The notes beneath the pieces were generated by a model that was not told where the DNA came from, made no database searches, and saw only the letters and a program-made list of their open reading frames with translations. A DNA stretch of 63,936 nt, the filler included, from Octopus bimaculoides (taxonomy: Eukaryota): the NCBI RefSeq assembly GCF_001194135.2. It is 8 parts of 7 records of this genome, joined end to end, with 100 filler letters (N's around TTAATTAATTAA, not from the genome) between each part and the next. Parts side by side here need not be neighbours in the genome. Positions count along the whole stretch, not along the records: positions 1 to 11,189 come from NC_068983.1; positions 11,290 to 33,635 come from NC_068989.1; 6 more parts are not named here. The stretch is one strand, 5' to 3'. The translations under genes were made by a program, and so were the position numbers. The stretch's first letter is position 1, and each line of letters opens with the position of its first letter. Positions 1 through 11,836 of this stretch are shown here, in pieces.

Positions 1-19
1 AAAGATTACATCCTTATCA

Positions 20-596
20 ATGCATGCATGTATGTATGTATGTATGTATGTATGTATGTATGTATGCATACATGTATGTATGTATGTATGTATGTATGTA
101 TGCATGCATGCATGCATGTATGTATGTATGTATGTATGTATGTATGTATGTATGAGAATACACTGCATGAAAATACAAATCTGCACAAATGTATACATAC
201 GTACAAAACTACTCTGTTGATGTTGTTGAAATTCCAATGAAGGAGCCTCGGATCTAGGTTAGAAACCAGCTCTTTCCCTATTGGCAAGAAATCTTGAAAT
301 AAATCTGAATAATGGCATACATAAATACATATACACGTACAAATTCGTACATGCACATATCTAAATATATTGGTTTCTTTCTATGAAAGATCACTTGATA
401 CGTTTAAATAGTGCATCACGTTTATTTTAGTTTCACAAAGAAAAGGTTCACAGTGACTTCCAAGTGACTTCCAATCTCATGGAGGTACTCAATCAAAACT
501 TCGAAGTCACTGTGGTAAGAATAAATACATACACGAACGCGCGCACGCACACACACACACGCACACACAAACACACACACACTCTCTCTCTCTCTT

Positions 597-629
<33 letters not shown>

Positions 630-630
630 A

Positions 631-712
<82 letters not shown>
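20..712 (+). repeat. Microsatellites (ATGT)n 20-153, (AC)n about 530-580 and (CT)n 581-712; typical of dozens of AT/AC/CT/ATGT/AGAT/AAT/AGT tracts across the window
   Basis: Direct inspection; these tracts account for most listed low-complexity ORFs. Confidence 0.95.
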
Positions 713-721
<9 letters not shown>

Positions 722-805
722 TACACACACGCACACACACACACACACACACGTATTTGTATGTGTGCGAATGTATAAGTCTAGATATGTTTTAAATTAA
801 CAGTT

Positions 806-1160
806 AGACGCAGGCATGGTTGTGTGGTAAGAAACTTGCTTCTCGACTTCATGGTCCCGGGTTCAATCCTACTGCATGGCAACTTGGGTAAGTGTCTTCT
901 ACTATAGCCTCGGACCGACCAAAGCTTTATTTATGTGTGTGTGTGTGTGTGTGAATGTGCCCCCTCCCCACTATTGCTTGACAAGCGGTGTTGGTGTGTT
1001 TACGTCCCTGTAACTTAGCAGTTCGGCAAAGAGACCGATGGAAGTTCTAGGCTTACAAAGAATAAGTCCTGGGGTTGATTTCTTCGACTAAAAACTCTTG
1101 AAGGCAGTGCTCCAGCATGGCCGCAGTTAAATGACTGAAACAAGTAAAAGAATAAAAGAA
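806..1160 (+). mobile_element. tRNA-derived SINE, family A (head gcaggcgtggctgtgtggtaag; internal (TG)n; tail gactgaaacaagtaaaag)
   Basis: A box tggttgtgtggtaag and B box gggttcaatcc. The same family recurs at about 4928-5415(+), 5425-5800(+), 7490-7915(-), 10540-10735(+), 18650-19075(-), 34290-34840(+), 42990-43375(+), 43580-43790(+), 51615-51810(-), 52885-53114(+), 57170-57325(-), 57650-57800(+) and 58135-58400(-). Confidence 0.85.
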
Positions 1161-1974
1161 AAGAAATACACACACACACACACACATGAAGTGTGATTGA
1201 GTGTGTGTGTGTGTGTGTATGAATGAATGTATGTATACATAGAAGGGGAAGAGAAGGAGATTTAACATGTATGTTTATGTGCGTATATTCTTTTCATTAT
1301 GCATATTTACAATGAGGAATCGCTAACTTCAGTATCATGAAATCAGAATGCTGCTTTACTAGCATGTCATCAGGCACCGAATAATGATGGAAACAGAAAC
1401 AAAAGCAAAACCAAACTTTTAAACTAAAACGGAAGAACACATCTTTGGTAATCTGAATTGATATCATACGCAAATAGTAAAAAATAGTTGACTTTCCAAT
1501 GAAAAGAATTGAAATTAAATAGCTAAGCGAAGCAAAGGGGAAAAACTCTATAATGTAATAGTCTCCCTTTACGTCTGGATTAACTCATTTTCTTCTATTT
1601 ATCACTAAATATTTAAATGTGCTAAATTATAAAATGAACAAAAGAAGTAAAAAGAAAATAATTGCAAACAATTTATTTGTGCAAGTGCTTACAGTCGAAA
1701 GCTCCGCATAACAAATGCTAATACGCTTGGGGGTGGGGGTGGGGGTCATCAAAATAGAGTACATAGAAGGCCCCGAAACGGTGCACGTTCTCTCCTAATG
1801 ACTCCTGAAGCCTACTGGCGCCCGTTATGCGGTACTTTCAGTTGGCAGCACTTGCACAAGTAAGCTGCCTGCAAGTCTCTATAATTTGTATATAATTATA
1901 TGTTTTAATCAATATAATGCAGATCAAAATTTTTCTGCAATTTTTAATATCAGTTTCATTATGAGATTTGATTG

Positions 1975-2188
1975 AAGGTGGCGAGCTGACAGAATCGTTA
2001 CCACGCTGGGCAAAATACTTAGCAGCGTTTCATCCGTCTTTATGTTCTGAGTTCAAACCCCACTGAAGTCGACTTTGTTCCTTCATCCTTTCGGGATCGA
2101 TAAAATAAGCACCAGTTAAGCGCCGGAGTCATTTTAAGCGAATTCTACCTCACCAAACATTGCTGGCCTTGTGCCAAAATTTAATATC
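1975..2188 (+). mobile_element. SINE family B (aaggcggcgagctggcagaatcgttagc...ctgagttcaaattcc...ggccttgtgcc)
   Basis: ~210-bp unit with B box gagttcaaa. Further copies at 2310-2512(-), 6191-6405(+), 29505-29695(+), 30828-31043(+), 35030-35233(-), 44500-44718(-) and 44808-45015(+). Confidence 0.85.
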
Positions 2189-2309
2189 AATGTCGGATTT
2201 GATTACAGTTTAAGAGATGCTGAATACACTTTAGCCAGGCTTCTGTAATTTCTACTCAAACACTCCTCATTTATTTCTTATTCTTTCGTTACCCCTATTA
2301 GTTTCAAGG

Positions 2310-2512
2310 TTTTGGCACCAGGCCAGCAATTTTGGGGTAAGTGTCAAGTCAATTACATCGACCCCAGTGTTCAACTGTTATTTATTTTATAAAGCCCTAT
2401 AGGATGAACGGCAAAATCAACCTCGCTAGAATTTGCACTCAGAACATAAAGACGGACGAAATGCCTCTAAGCATTTTCACCAGTGTGCTAACGATTCTAT
2501 CAGCTTACCGAC
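2310..2512 (-). mobile_element. SINE family B copy, inverted relative to 1975-2188
   Basis: Reverse complement of the family B body. Confidence 0.8.
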
Positions 2513-2702
2513 GTAACTTTTGTTACCTATATTGTGCCCATTTTAAGTCCTGAAAAACCCCCCGTTCTTTCTTCTCAGTCTCTAGGTTGAGGTCCTTTGA
2601 ATTTTATGGCCTGTAGTGTTTGGTGAATGAATATTCGCCAGACAGTCGAATACCTTTTTTTTTTTTATATTGAGTTTATGATGTTTGTGCATAGTAAGTA
2701 AA

Positions 2703-3030
2703 GACCCCCTTCGGTCATGAATGACCATGGGATTGCACCTAGAAAGTTCCCTTCCGAAACACAAGTCCGAGCAATGTTGTTTATGAAAGACCAGCAGTCA
2801 CACTGCACACCAGCTTCCCCTCTCCACGCCACTGTTATTCAAGGGAAAGGAAAAGGCCGATACAGCTTGGTACCAGTGATGTTGCAACTCATTTCTACAG
2901 CTGAATGAACTGGAGCAGCGTGAAATAAAGTGTCTTGCTCAAGAACACAACACAGTCCGATCCAGGAATCGAACTCACTACCTCGTGATTGTGAGCCCGA
3001 AGCTCTAACTACTGAGCCATGTGCCTTCGT
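2703..3030 (-). mobile_element. tRNA-derived SINE, family C (gcatggctcagtagttagagc...gagttcgattcc...ttcttgagcaagacactt...ggagcaacgtgaaat)
   Basis: A and B boxes on minus. Truncated relatives at 3435-3600(+), 4400-4527(-), 19675-19820(+) and 28090-28280(-). Confidence 0.8.
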
Positions 3031-3281
3031 TGCGTAGCAATAGCACCATCTCATGTATGTGAGCAGTAATTCAATATATATCTTTCTCCAGCTTAGCAGA
3101 GAATTTGGCTTTTGCGTGACGGGTTGGGATGGGAGAAGGGGCTGTACCCGAGCCCACCACCGTCACCCTGTCCACTAAATTTGTGAGGCTGACATAGTTA
3201 ATTTTAAAACAGCTGCGAGCTGATGGCTACGGTAAAAATGGAAAAGTAGCATCGGTTGTAGTAGTAGTAGTNNNNNNNNNN

Positions 3282-3326
<45 letters not shown>

Positions 3327-6300
3327 AGAAACACTGGGTCTGTAGTTCTGATTGACGTAGCTGTCAGTCGAGCAGCCTTTCTTTGGGTATGATCTTGAAT
3401 GTCTGAGTGTACAGATGGCATATATGTGAAGGTGTAGGCGTTTGGTTTAGTGGTTAGAGTGTGGCATTTATAGTTGTAAGGTTATGGTTTTCTATTCCTG
3501 GACCGGGTGGTGCTTTGTGCTTTTGAGCAAGACACTTCGTTTCACGTTGCTCTGGTCCACTCAGCGCACAAAAGTGAGTAATCCTGCGACGACACGGCGT
3601 CCTGTACATAACGGGGAATACATATGTCGCAAAATCATCTACGAAGCCGACCTTATGATCTAATAGCTCGGGAAGGATCTCTGATCTTTCTTTCTTTCCC
3701 CATCCCTGATAGACGTTGTAATCGTGAGAGACCATCAGAAATTCTAAAGCTTAACAAATCTCAATTATGTGTTAGTCATGAGTTGAGAGTGAAGTACAAT
3801 AACGTTTCTCGTGTGTAGAAACAGAGTCTTGTCTTTGTTGATAAATTTTAATGCATTCGGCATTCGAACTTTAGGGAGTATATCATGCGTGTGATTGAAA
3901 GGATAAAGAGAAATGGAGCGTGCCGTTATCGGCAAAGAAATGCATGTTTTCAGAACTTGTCACTTCTACCGGTCGTTAATGTACAGAAGAAAAAAATAAC
4001 ATTTATTATTGATGCTAATGTCATATGTACAGAGGAAATTAGTCGTCCATAACTTTCGCGGACATGTATGAGACATTAGGTCAATTTGAATGTATAGCGG
4101 AGTATAGACATTGAAAGACATTGGCATTATGAATAGAGTACTGTATTTCTTACAGATTCTTATTGGAATACGCCAGAAAGAATATAATCAACTAATGAAT
4201 CCATGTTTTTTAAGTGTGAATTGAGAAAAAATTGTCTACGTAAAACCTGCCTCGTTGGCTCTGTAGACTTGTTGCTGTTATTGTTGCTGGAACTAACCTA
4301 TGATTAAATGCGTTTTAGCGTCAATCCTTCAAACGTTTTATAGGCAATGTCTAAGCCCAAAATTTCTAATTTTTTAAAGATACAGGAACTACTCATTTTT
4401 GACAGCTAAGTGGATTGGAGCAACGTGAAATAAAGTATTCTGCTCAAGGACACAACGCACAACCGGGAATCGAACTTGCGACCTTACGATCGTGGGTCGA
4501 ATACCCTAACCATTAAGCGATGCGCCTACACACACACACAAATACATTCAAGATATTAGCATGCACATTTCATTGCGTGGGCAAAAATATATTTCAACAA
4601 TACCAATTCTCTTCAAATCATATTGTAAGGGGGACAACTCAGTTGTAAGAGTAACAACTCTGCTAAGAGTTGCGTCCCTGTACAGAACTGTTTCTCCCTC
4701 CCCATATTTTCTTAGCTTGTTCTGGATGAATTTGCATAGGCTCTTAAAATAGATTTTTCGCCGAATTAAATTTCATATCTATCATGTTTCATTCAGCACA
4801 TATTAATAAATTTCAATGTGTAACGCATCAGAATTAATCGATTGCCAATTTAAATGGTTACACATGACAATGGTGTAACTCAGTTTGTAAATAAAGATGA
4901 AGGTTCCTGCGATCGCTTTACAATATAGGTGCAAACGTGGCTGTGTGGTTGTAAACCTTGTTTCCAATTCACGTGGTGTGCTCTTGGGTTCAGTTCCACG
5001 GCGCTGCATCTTGGACAAGTGTCTTCTATAATAGCCCCGAATCGACCAATGCTTTGGGAGTGGATTTGGTGGACGGTGTGTGTGTGTATTTGCATGTGCG
5101 CGTGCGTGCGTGCGTGTATGTATGCATGNNNNNNNNNNATATATATATATATATATATATATATACATGCATACATATATGCATGTATGTATGTATATAT
5201 GTGTGTAAATATGTATGTTTGTGTGTATGCCGTTTTACAATCATCTTGGTTTGTTTACATTCCTGTAAATTAGCGGTTTGGCAAAAGAGAACCAATACAA
5301 TATTTATTAGGTTTAAAAAAGAATATCACTGGGTGTCTATTTGTTCGACTTAAACACTTGGAGGTGGTGCTCCAACATGACCGCAGGCCAATGATAGAAA
5401 CAAGTAAAAGATAGAGTTTATACGCGCAGGCGTGCATGTGTAGTAAGAAGCTAGCTTCCCAACTACATTGTTCCGGAACCTTGGGCAAGTGTTTTCTATT
5501 ATAGCCTCGGTCGACCAGCAAAATAATATAGATAACATTTGGCAGTATGAAACGTGAGAGGATTCGGTATACGGAAACTGAAAGCAGCCCGACTAATATA
5601 TATGTATGAATGCATGTATTTATCTGTGTGTGTCTCTGTGTCTGGGTTTGTCCTTCCATCGCCGCTTGACAACCGATGTTTGTGTGTTTACGTCCCTGTA
5701 ACTTAGAGGTTCGGCAAAAGAGAGCAATAGAATAAGTATTAGGATTAAAAATAATAAAATCCAGCATGGCTGCTGTCAAATGGCTGAAACAAATAAAAGA
5801 ATAAATGAATAGTGTAGCATAATGATGTATAAATTTATGTATTCAATAATTTCTTTTCTACGTGAACTAGTACAGAACATTTGATACTACCAAAAGTCAT
5901 CTATAGTATTCTGCATGTCGAGACATGTTTTCGAGGTTGAAGCTTTGAACAACTTTGTTGTATGACGTAGATGAGATAATCGAAATATTTAACAATATAA
6001 AACAAGCGCTCGTGTTACACATTTGAAGAACTTTTAAAGAAATTCTGTAACGAAACTGAAGACAATCCTTATCTTTAATGTATAGAAACATTATTACGAA
6101 GAGTTAGAAATTTACACATCAAAGCAGAAACAAGAATGTTTATAGATCGCTGAATCTTCAAGTGTCCACCTTGTAATATTTTTTTCTGCTAAGGTGGCGA
6201 GCGGGCAGAGTTGTTAGCGTTCAGGGCAAACTGCTTAGCAGCATTTCGTCCATCTTTACGCTCTGAGGTCAATTTCCGCCGAGATCGACTTTGTCTTTCA

Positions 6301-7489
6301 TACTTTTGGGGTCGTAAAATGAGTACCAGCTGAGTACTGGGTCAATGTAACAGACTCAACCGCTGCCCTGAACTTGCTGGCCTTGTGCCTGAATTTCAAA
6401 CCAATGTATCTTTGATTTTAATATTTTATATTTATCTTAATCACGTTGGGACAAGTTCCAAGATTTTTATTTTAAAATATTCTTTTTCATTTTTTTTTTC
6501 AGTTTACGATTAATTATCGTTGAACATAAATCGTTCTTTAATAAACGTTGGAAAGTGAGAATCAAAACGCTGACATGCATATTTACTCTTAATACGTTCC
6601 AGCTCATACAAACATAACCGCGACTGATTAAGCAAGCAATCGATTAGTATGTTGATTTAATAATTAATCAATTGACTGAGAAGTGAAACTGAACCAGTGC
6701 GTGTGCTTATTACTCTAAAGTTTCGCCTAATATACGATTTTCGCTACCCCTGAATTTAACTCAAAATGCTAATCTGTTTACTTTACTAAGTGTTTTAATG
6801 TTGTTTTCATAGTTTACACACATTAGATCTATAAATGCGTTAATCTATCGTCCGGCTTAACACTAACGCCTGGTCCATAGTTCAGCAGAGTCCACCTAAT
6901 TGCAAGGGGCCATATTCTTTAAATCAAGCAGCAGCTTATTTTACCCAGTTGTTTATTATCCGTATTTTGTTATACTATGCCAACGCGGTCTTCTTTTGAG
7001 ATATTAACGTGGATTAGTATCCTCCCAAGTTATATTATTAAGGAAATTACTAAAACAAGGCGAGAGTTTAATCTAGGAAAATATGTCGGAACTTGGTGTA
7101 TCAACAATAATGCTTCTGCTCACTGATAACACAATATCCTATTCATATTCTAATCCCTACAAATATATATTTTCAATAAGTTAAAATATGTACTGCTTTC
7201 TTCTTCAAGCGGCCGCAACCAAGATGTGTTTCGCCATGCAACACCAGGAATTTCTTGGGTACGTCCTCAGTTTCATGTTTCTATAACAATAGCGTCAACG
7301 TAACTGAGACGTCTTCATCCTCTGTCAGGATGCAGAAGTCTCCAAAACCAATATGGCCTGGTGCTCAGCACAATAGCAGTGGCTAGCTTTGAGTAACAAC
7401 AGTAGAGACGGACAGGGTTAATCCATTCATATATAAATCAGATGTAATACTTACCGAAATATAAGATTTGTAATTAACTTAAATCTTTT

Positions 7490-7915
7490 ATCTTTTACTT
7501 GTTTCAGTCATTAGACTTGCGGCAATGCTTGGGCACCGACTTTAAAAGTTTTAGCCCAATTTATCGACCCCGCCCCTCAGTACTTATTATTTTTTGTAAA
7601 GCCTAATACTTATTCTATCAGTTCTTTTGTCGAACTGCTAAGTTACGAGGACAAAACCGGTTGTCAAGCAGTGGTGGGGTACAAACACATTCACAACGAC
7701 GCACAGGCGCGTGCACGCGCGCTCACACACACACACACACACTCACACACACACACACATATACGACACGTTTCTTTCAGTTTCAGTCTACCAAACCCAC
7801 TCAAAAGGCTTTGGTTGGTCTGAGGCAATAGTAGAAGACAGTTGCCCAAGGTGGCACGCAGTGGGACTGAACCCAGAACCATATGGTTGGGAAGCAAGCT
7901 TCTTACCTCACAGCC
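7490..7915 (-). mobile_element. SINE family A copy
   Basis: Reverse complement of the 806-1160 family, with internal (AC)n. Confidence 0.8.
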
Positions 7916-8557
7916 TACACCTGATGATGTTTTCTATAAAAATACCATGTGAGTTCACTTTCTTACAATGGCGTATGACTGTACTGTGAGTATGTGACTA
8001 CCACATTACATACACTTCAACTTTATTGTTCTATCACTATCATCTCAAACATCAACCAACAATATCAGGCATTTCATCCAACCTTAACATATGCAACATA
8101 AACATACGAACCACAGTTACAACATTTGTTTAATTTTGAGCTTTCGTAGAAAGGCTGTTATCGTGGTTGTTATCAACCTCTCATCACACCTGATAAAGTA
8201 GAGCTGTGATCAAAGATGATCCCTGTCTTTTTTTTTCATATTTGTATGATACCATTATTTAATGCAACGTTTCCCAACCAATGTTCTCTGTAACCTTAGG
8301 GCTCCTCAAGAGATCTTTGGAGATTCTGCGCAAAATAGTTATATAAATGCAAATTGCATGCAAATGCATTTAAAAAAAAAATTAGATTAGATATTTCATT
8401 GCATACGCACGACATATTTCCCAACAAAGGGATATCCTGGCATCTATATTCTACACAGCGAATCGATGGAAAATGACCTATCAAAGAGGAACAGTTAGGA
8501 AATTAGATCTCAATGAGGTCTTGATTAAGATTAAATTTTTCTTAACTTTTTTGTAGT

Positions 8558-8598
<41 letters not shown>

Positions 8599-8768
8599 AT
8601 AGATAAACAGACAGATTGATAGACAGACAGGTAAACAGAGAGACAAATAAACAGATAAACACAGACAGACAGACAGACAGACAGACAGATAAATAGATAG
8701 ATAGGCAGACAGACAGGCAGACAGGCAGACAGACAAGCAGATAGATATATAGATAGATATATAGATAG

Positions 8769-9182
8769 ATACAATTAAACCTTGGGAGAGGCATTATGCC
8801 GGTAATAAACACACGCACTGGTTCAATCCTTTATTAATTTATATAGTTTTTTGTTAAATTATTTCATTGCACTCTTGCAATCTCTTCAGTAACTTGTCTC
8901 TCCACTTCCATTTATTTTGAATGTATGATCTGGCGTTGTTTTGGCGTTGTTTCGAAACTGTTTGGTATGAGCATGTGAGTGTGTGCAAGCTCGTATGTGT
9001 GCACGCTCATATGTGTGCACGCACTTATGTGTTCGTGCTTATATGTAAGTATGTGCGTCCATGTAAGTATGTAAGTATGTGCAATGAAATAATTTAACAA
9101 AAAACTATATAAATTAATAAAGGACTGAACCAGTGCGTGTGTTTATTACCGGCATAATGCCTCTCCCAAGGTTTAATTGTAT
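8769..9182. repeat. Foldback element: 104-bp inverted arms, 103/104 identical, with a 206-bp spacer
   Basis: 8769-8872 versus the reverse complement of 9079-9182 shows a single mismatch (ggttcaatcc/ggttcagtcc). Confidence 0.92.
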
Positions 9183-9240
9183 TTCTTTCAACACACGTAT
9201 CCACATCAAGAATCTTGCACACGAAATACACATACGAAAT

Positions 9241-9274
<34 letters not shown>

Positions 9275-9880
9275 CAATAGATAAGGAAGGAAATAACAAC
9301 AAAGGAAGATAAGAGGGGAAAGTAAACAAATAAATAAAGAGATAAACAGCCACAGGCAAGTACAGAGGTTGACAAGGAGAAGGGTGAGGAGAGAGATAGA
9401 GAGAGTACGAGATAAAGAGAATGAAAGGAATTTGACAGAGTTAACCAGAATGAAAGGTGAGGGTGAAGATGCTACAGAAACACAATGGCGTTTATACAAC
9501 ATAGACGTGTGATTGTCTATGTTGTATAAACAAATGTTGATAGTCTTAATTGCACCGTCGAAGTTTCGTGCCAACAGGAAAAAAAAAAAAGAAAAAACGA
9601 GGAAGGTTTGGGTGTACAGGCAGACACTAAAATCCGAGGAGATAATCTCTCAGCTTAGTATGATAAACGAATGGATTAACGTATTAGAGAGATTTCAATC
9701 TGGGATCATTGGGTACAATGCAATGAAAACAATCATAAGCTGCAGTGTGGATCAAGACGGGTGTGGGTGAAATAATATTGTTGATTCTTTTTTTTTTCAG
9801 TTGGGTGGAGAGAAAGGAGGTGGCTGGTTGGCTGATTTCGTGAGTAATTGGGTGCATATAAAAATAGACAAATTGATTCT

Positions 9881-9914
<34 letters not shown>

Positions 9915-10881
9915 CCATCCGTCCACCATCCATCCGTCTGTCTGTCTGCCTGCTNNNNNNNNNNNNNNNNNNNNNNNNNNNNNNNNNNNNNNNNNNNNNN
10001 NNNNNNNNNNNNNNNNNNNNNNNNNNNNNNNNNNNNNNNNNNNNNNNNNNNNNNNNNNNNNNNNNNNNNNNNNNNNNNNNNNNNNNNNNNNNNNNNNNNN
10101 NNNNNNNNNNNNNNNNNNNNNNNNNNNNNNNNNNNNNNNNNNNNNNNNNNNNNNNNNNNNNNNNNNNNNNNNNNNNNNNNNNNNNNNNNNNNNNNNNNNN
10201 NNNNNNNNNNNNNNNNNNNNNNNNNNNNNNNNNNNNNNNNNNNNNNNNNNNNNNNNNNNNNNNNNNNNNNNNNNNNNNNNNNNNNNNNNNNNNNNNNNNN
10301 NNNNNNNNNNNNNNNNNNNNNNNNNNNNNNNNNNNNNNNNNNNNNNNNNNNNNNNNNNNNNNNNNNNNNNNNNNNNNNNNNNNNNNNNNNNNNNNNNNNN
10401 NNNNNNNNNNNNNNNNNNNNNNNNNNNNNNNNNNNNNNNNNNNNNNNNNNNNNNNNNNNNNNNNNNNNNNNNNNNNNNNNNNNNNNNNNCTGTCGTATAT
10501 ATGTGTGTGTATATATATATATATGTATGTATGTGTGTCTGTGTTTGTCCCCCTAACATCGCTTGACAACCGATGCTGGTGTGTTTACGTCCCCGTAACT
10601 TAGCGGATCGGCAAAAGTGACCGATAGAATAAGTACTAGGCTTACAAAGAATAAGTCCTAGGGTCGATTTGCTCGACTAAAAGGCGGTGCTCCAGCATGG
10701 CCACAGTAAAAAATGACTGAAACAAGTAAAAGATAGATAGACTGATAGATAGATAGATTGATCACAAGCGGAACTAAGAGAAAACTGGCAATTTTAATAT
10801 AATAATCTAATAAACACGCGCACACGTATACAGACACACACGTATGTATGTATAACTGTTTCTACATACATACATACATAC

Positions 10882-10912
<31 letters not shown>

Positions 10913-10922
10913 CATACATACA

Positions 10923-11189
10923 TACTGTTTCTCCAATATCTGATGAGGAATCCTACAGATACCTGGGAGTAGATGAAAACGTATCATACGAAGGTACTTG
11001 TAACAAGGAACGTGTTACTAAGGAATACAGAAATCGGGTTAGGAAAATATGGACCCCGGAACTCTCTGCGTTCAATAAAGCAAAAGCCCACAATGTGTTT
11101 GCAGTACCAGTACTCGTACCGACATTCGGGATACTTGACTGGACGATCGATGAAATCCGAGCCCTTGATGTGAAGACCCGGAAAATACT
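10923..11189 (+). mobile_element. R4/Dong-like (RLE-type) non-LTR retrotransposon fragment, RT thumb region, open frame
   Basis: TVSPISDEESYRYLGVDENVSYEGTCNKERVTKEYRNRVRKIWTPELSAFNKAKAHNVFAVPVLVPTFGILDWTIDEIRALDVKTRKIL. It has no start codon, so it is missing from the ORF track. Ends at a gap. Confidence 0.85.
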
Positions 11190-11289
11190 NNNNNNNNNNN
11201 NNNNNNNNNNNNNNNNNNNNNNNNNNNNNNNNNTTAATTAATTAANNNNNNNNNNNNNNNNNNNNNNNNNNNNNNNNNNNNNNNNNNNN
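11190..11289. other. Assembly gap with an artificial all-frame-stop linker (44 N + TTAATTAATTAA + 44 N)
   Basis: The same 12-mer inside 100-bp N blocks recurs at 33680, 47776, 51887, 53159, 57890 and 59739. Confidence 0.95.
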
Positions 11290-11329
<40 letters not shown>

Positions 11330-11538
11330 CGTAATTTTCAAATATATTGAGTGCATTCAATTGCTGAACCTATCAAGAATCAAACTGTACAACACATACA
11401 TACATACATACATACATACATACATACATAATGCATAAATATATATATATGCATACATATGTGTGCATGTGTAAATATATATGTGTATATATAATATATA
11501 TAAGTATACATTTATTATATTGTTATACATTTACGTAC

Positions 11539-11600
<62 letters not shown>

Positions 11601-11774
11601 CGTATGTAAAATACATATGTATCCATCTATATATAATAAGATATATACGGACATACAAATATATGTATGCATGAGTATATAAATATATGCACAAATATAT
11701 ATTTGTATAAATGTATGTGTATATAATAAATGAGTGAGTGTATATATATGTATACATATATAAGTATATATATA

Positions 11775-11836
<62 letters not shown>

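Noticed and set aside
230-290. HHR-like layout ccaat-gaagga-gcct...aggt-tagaaac...attgg
   Set aside because: No CUGANGA core, and the helices are not in register with the cores.
1745-1803. gaaacg-gtgca-cgtt-ctct with upstream agag, resembling HHR stems III and I; also weak TIRs at 1693/1843
   Set aside because: The CUGANGA core is absent and the TIR match is only 16/21 without a clear TSD.
7222-7275. Possible decayed HHR on minus (ctgagga...gcatggc gaaac acatc)
   Set aside because: Cores are present and gaaacacatc could be CpG-decayed gaaacgcgtc, but stems I and II do not pair convincingly.
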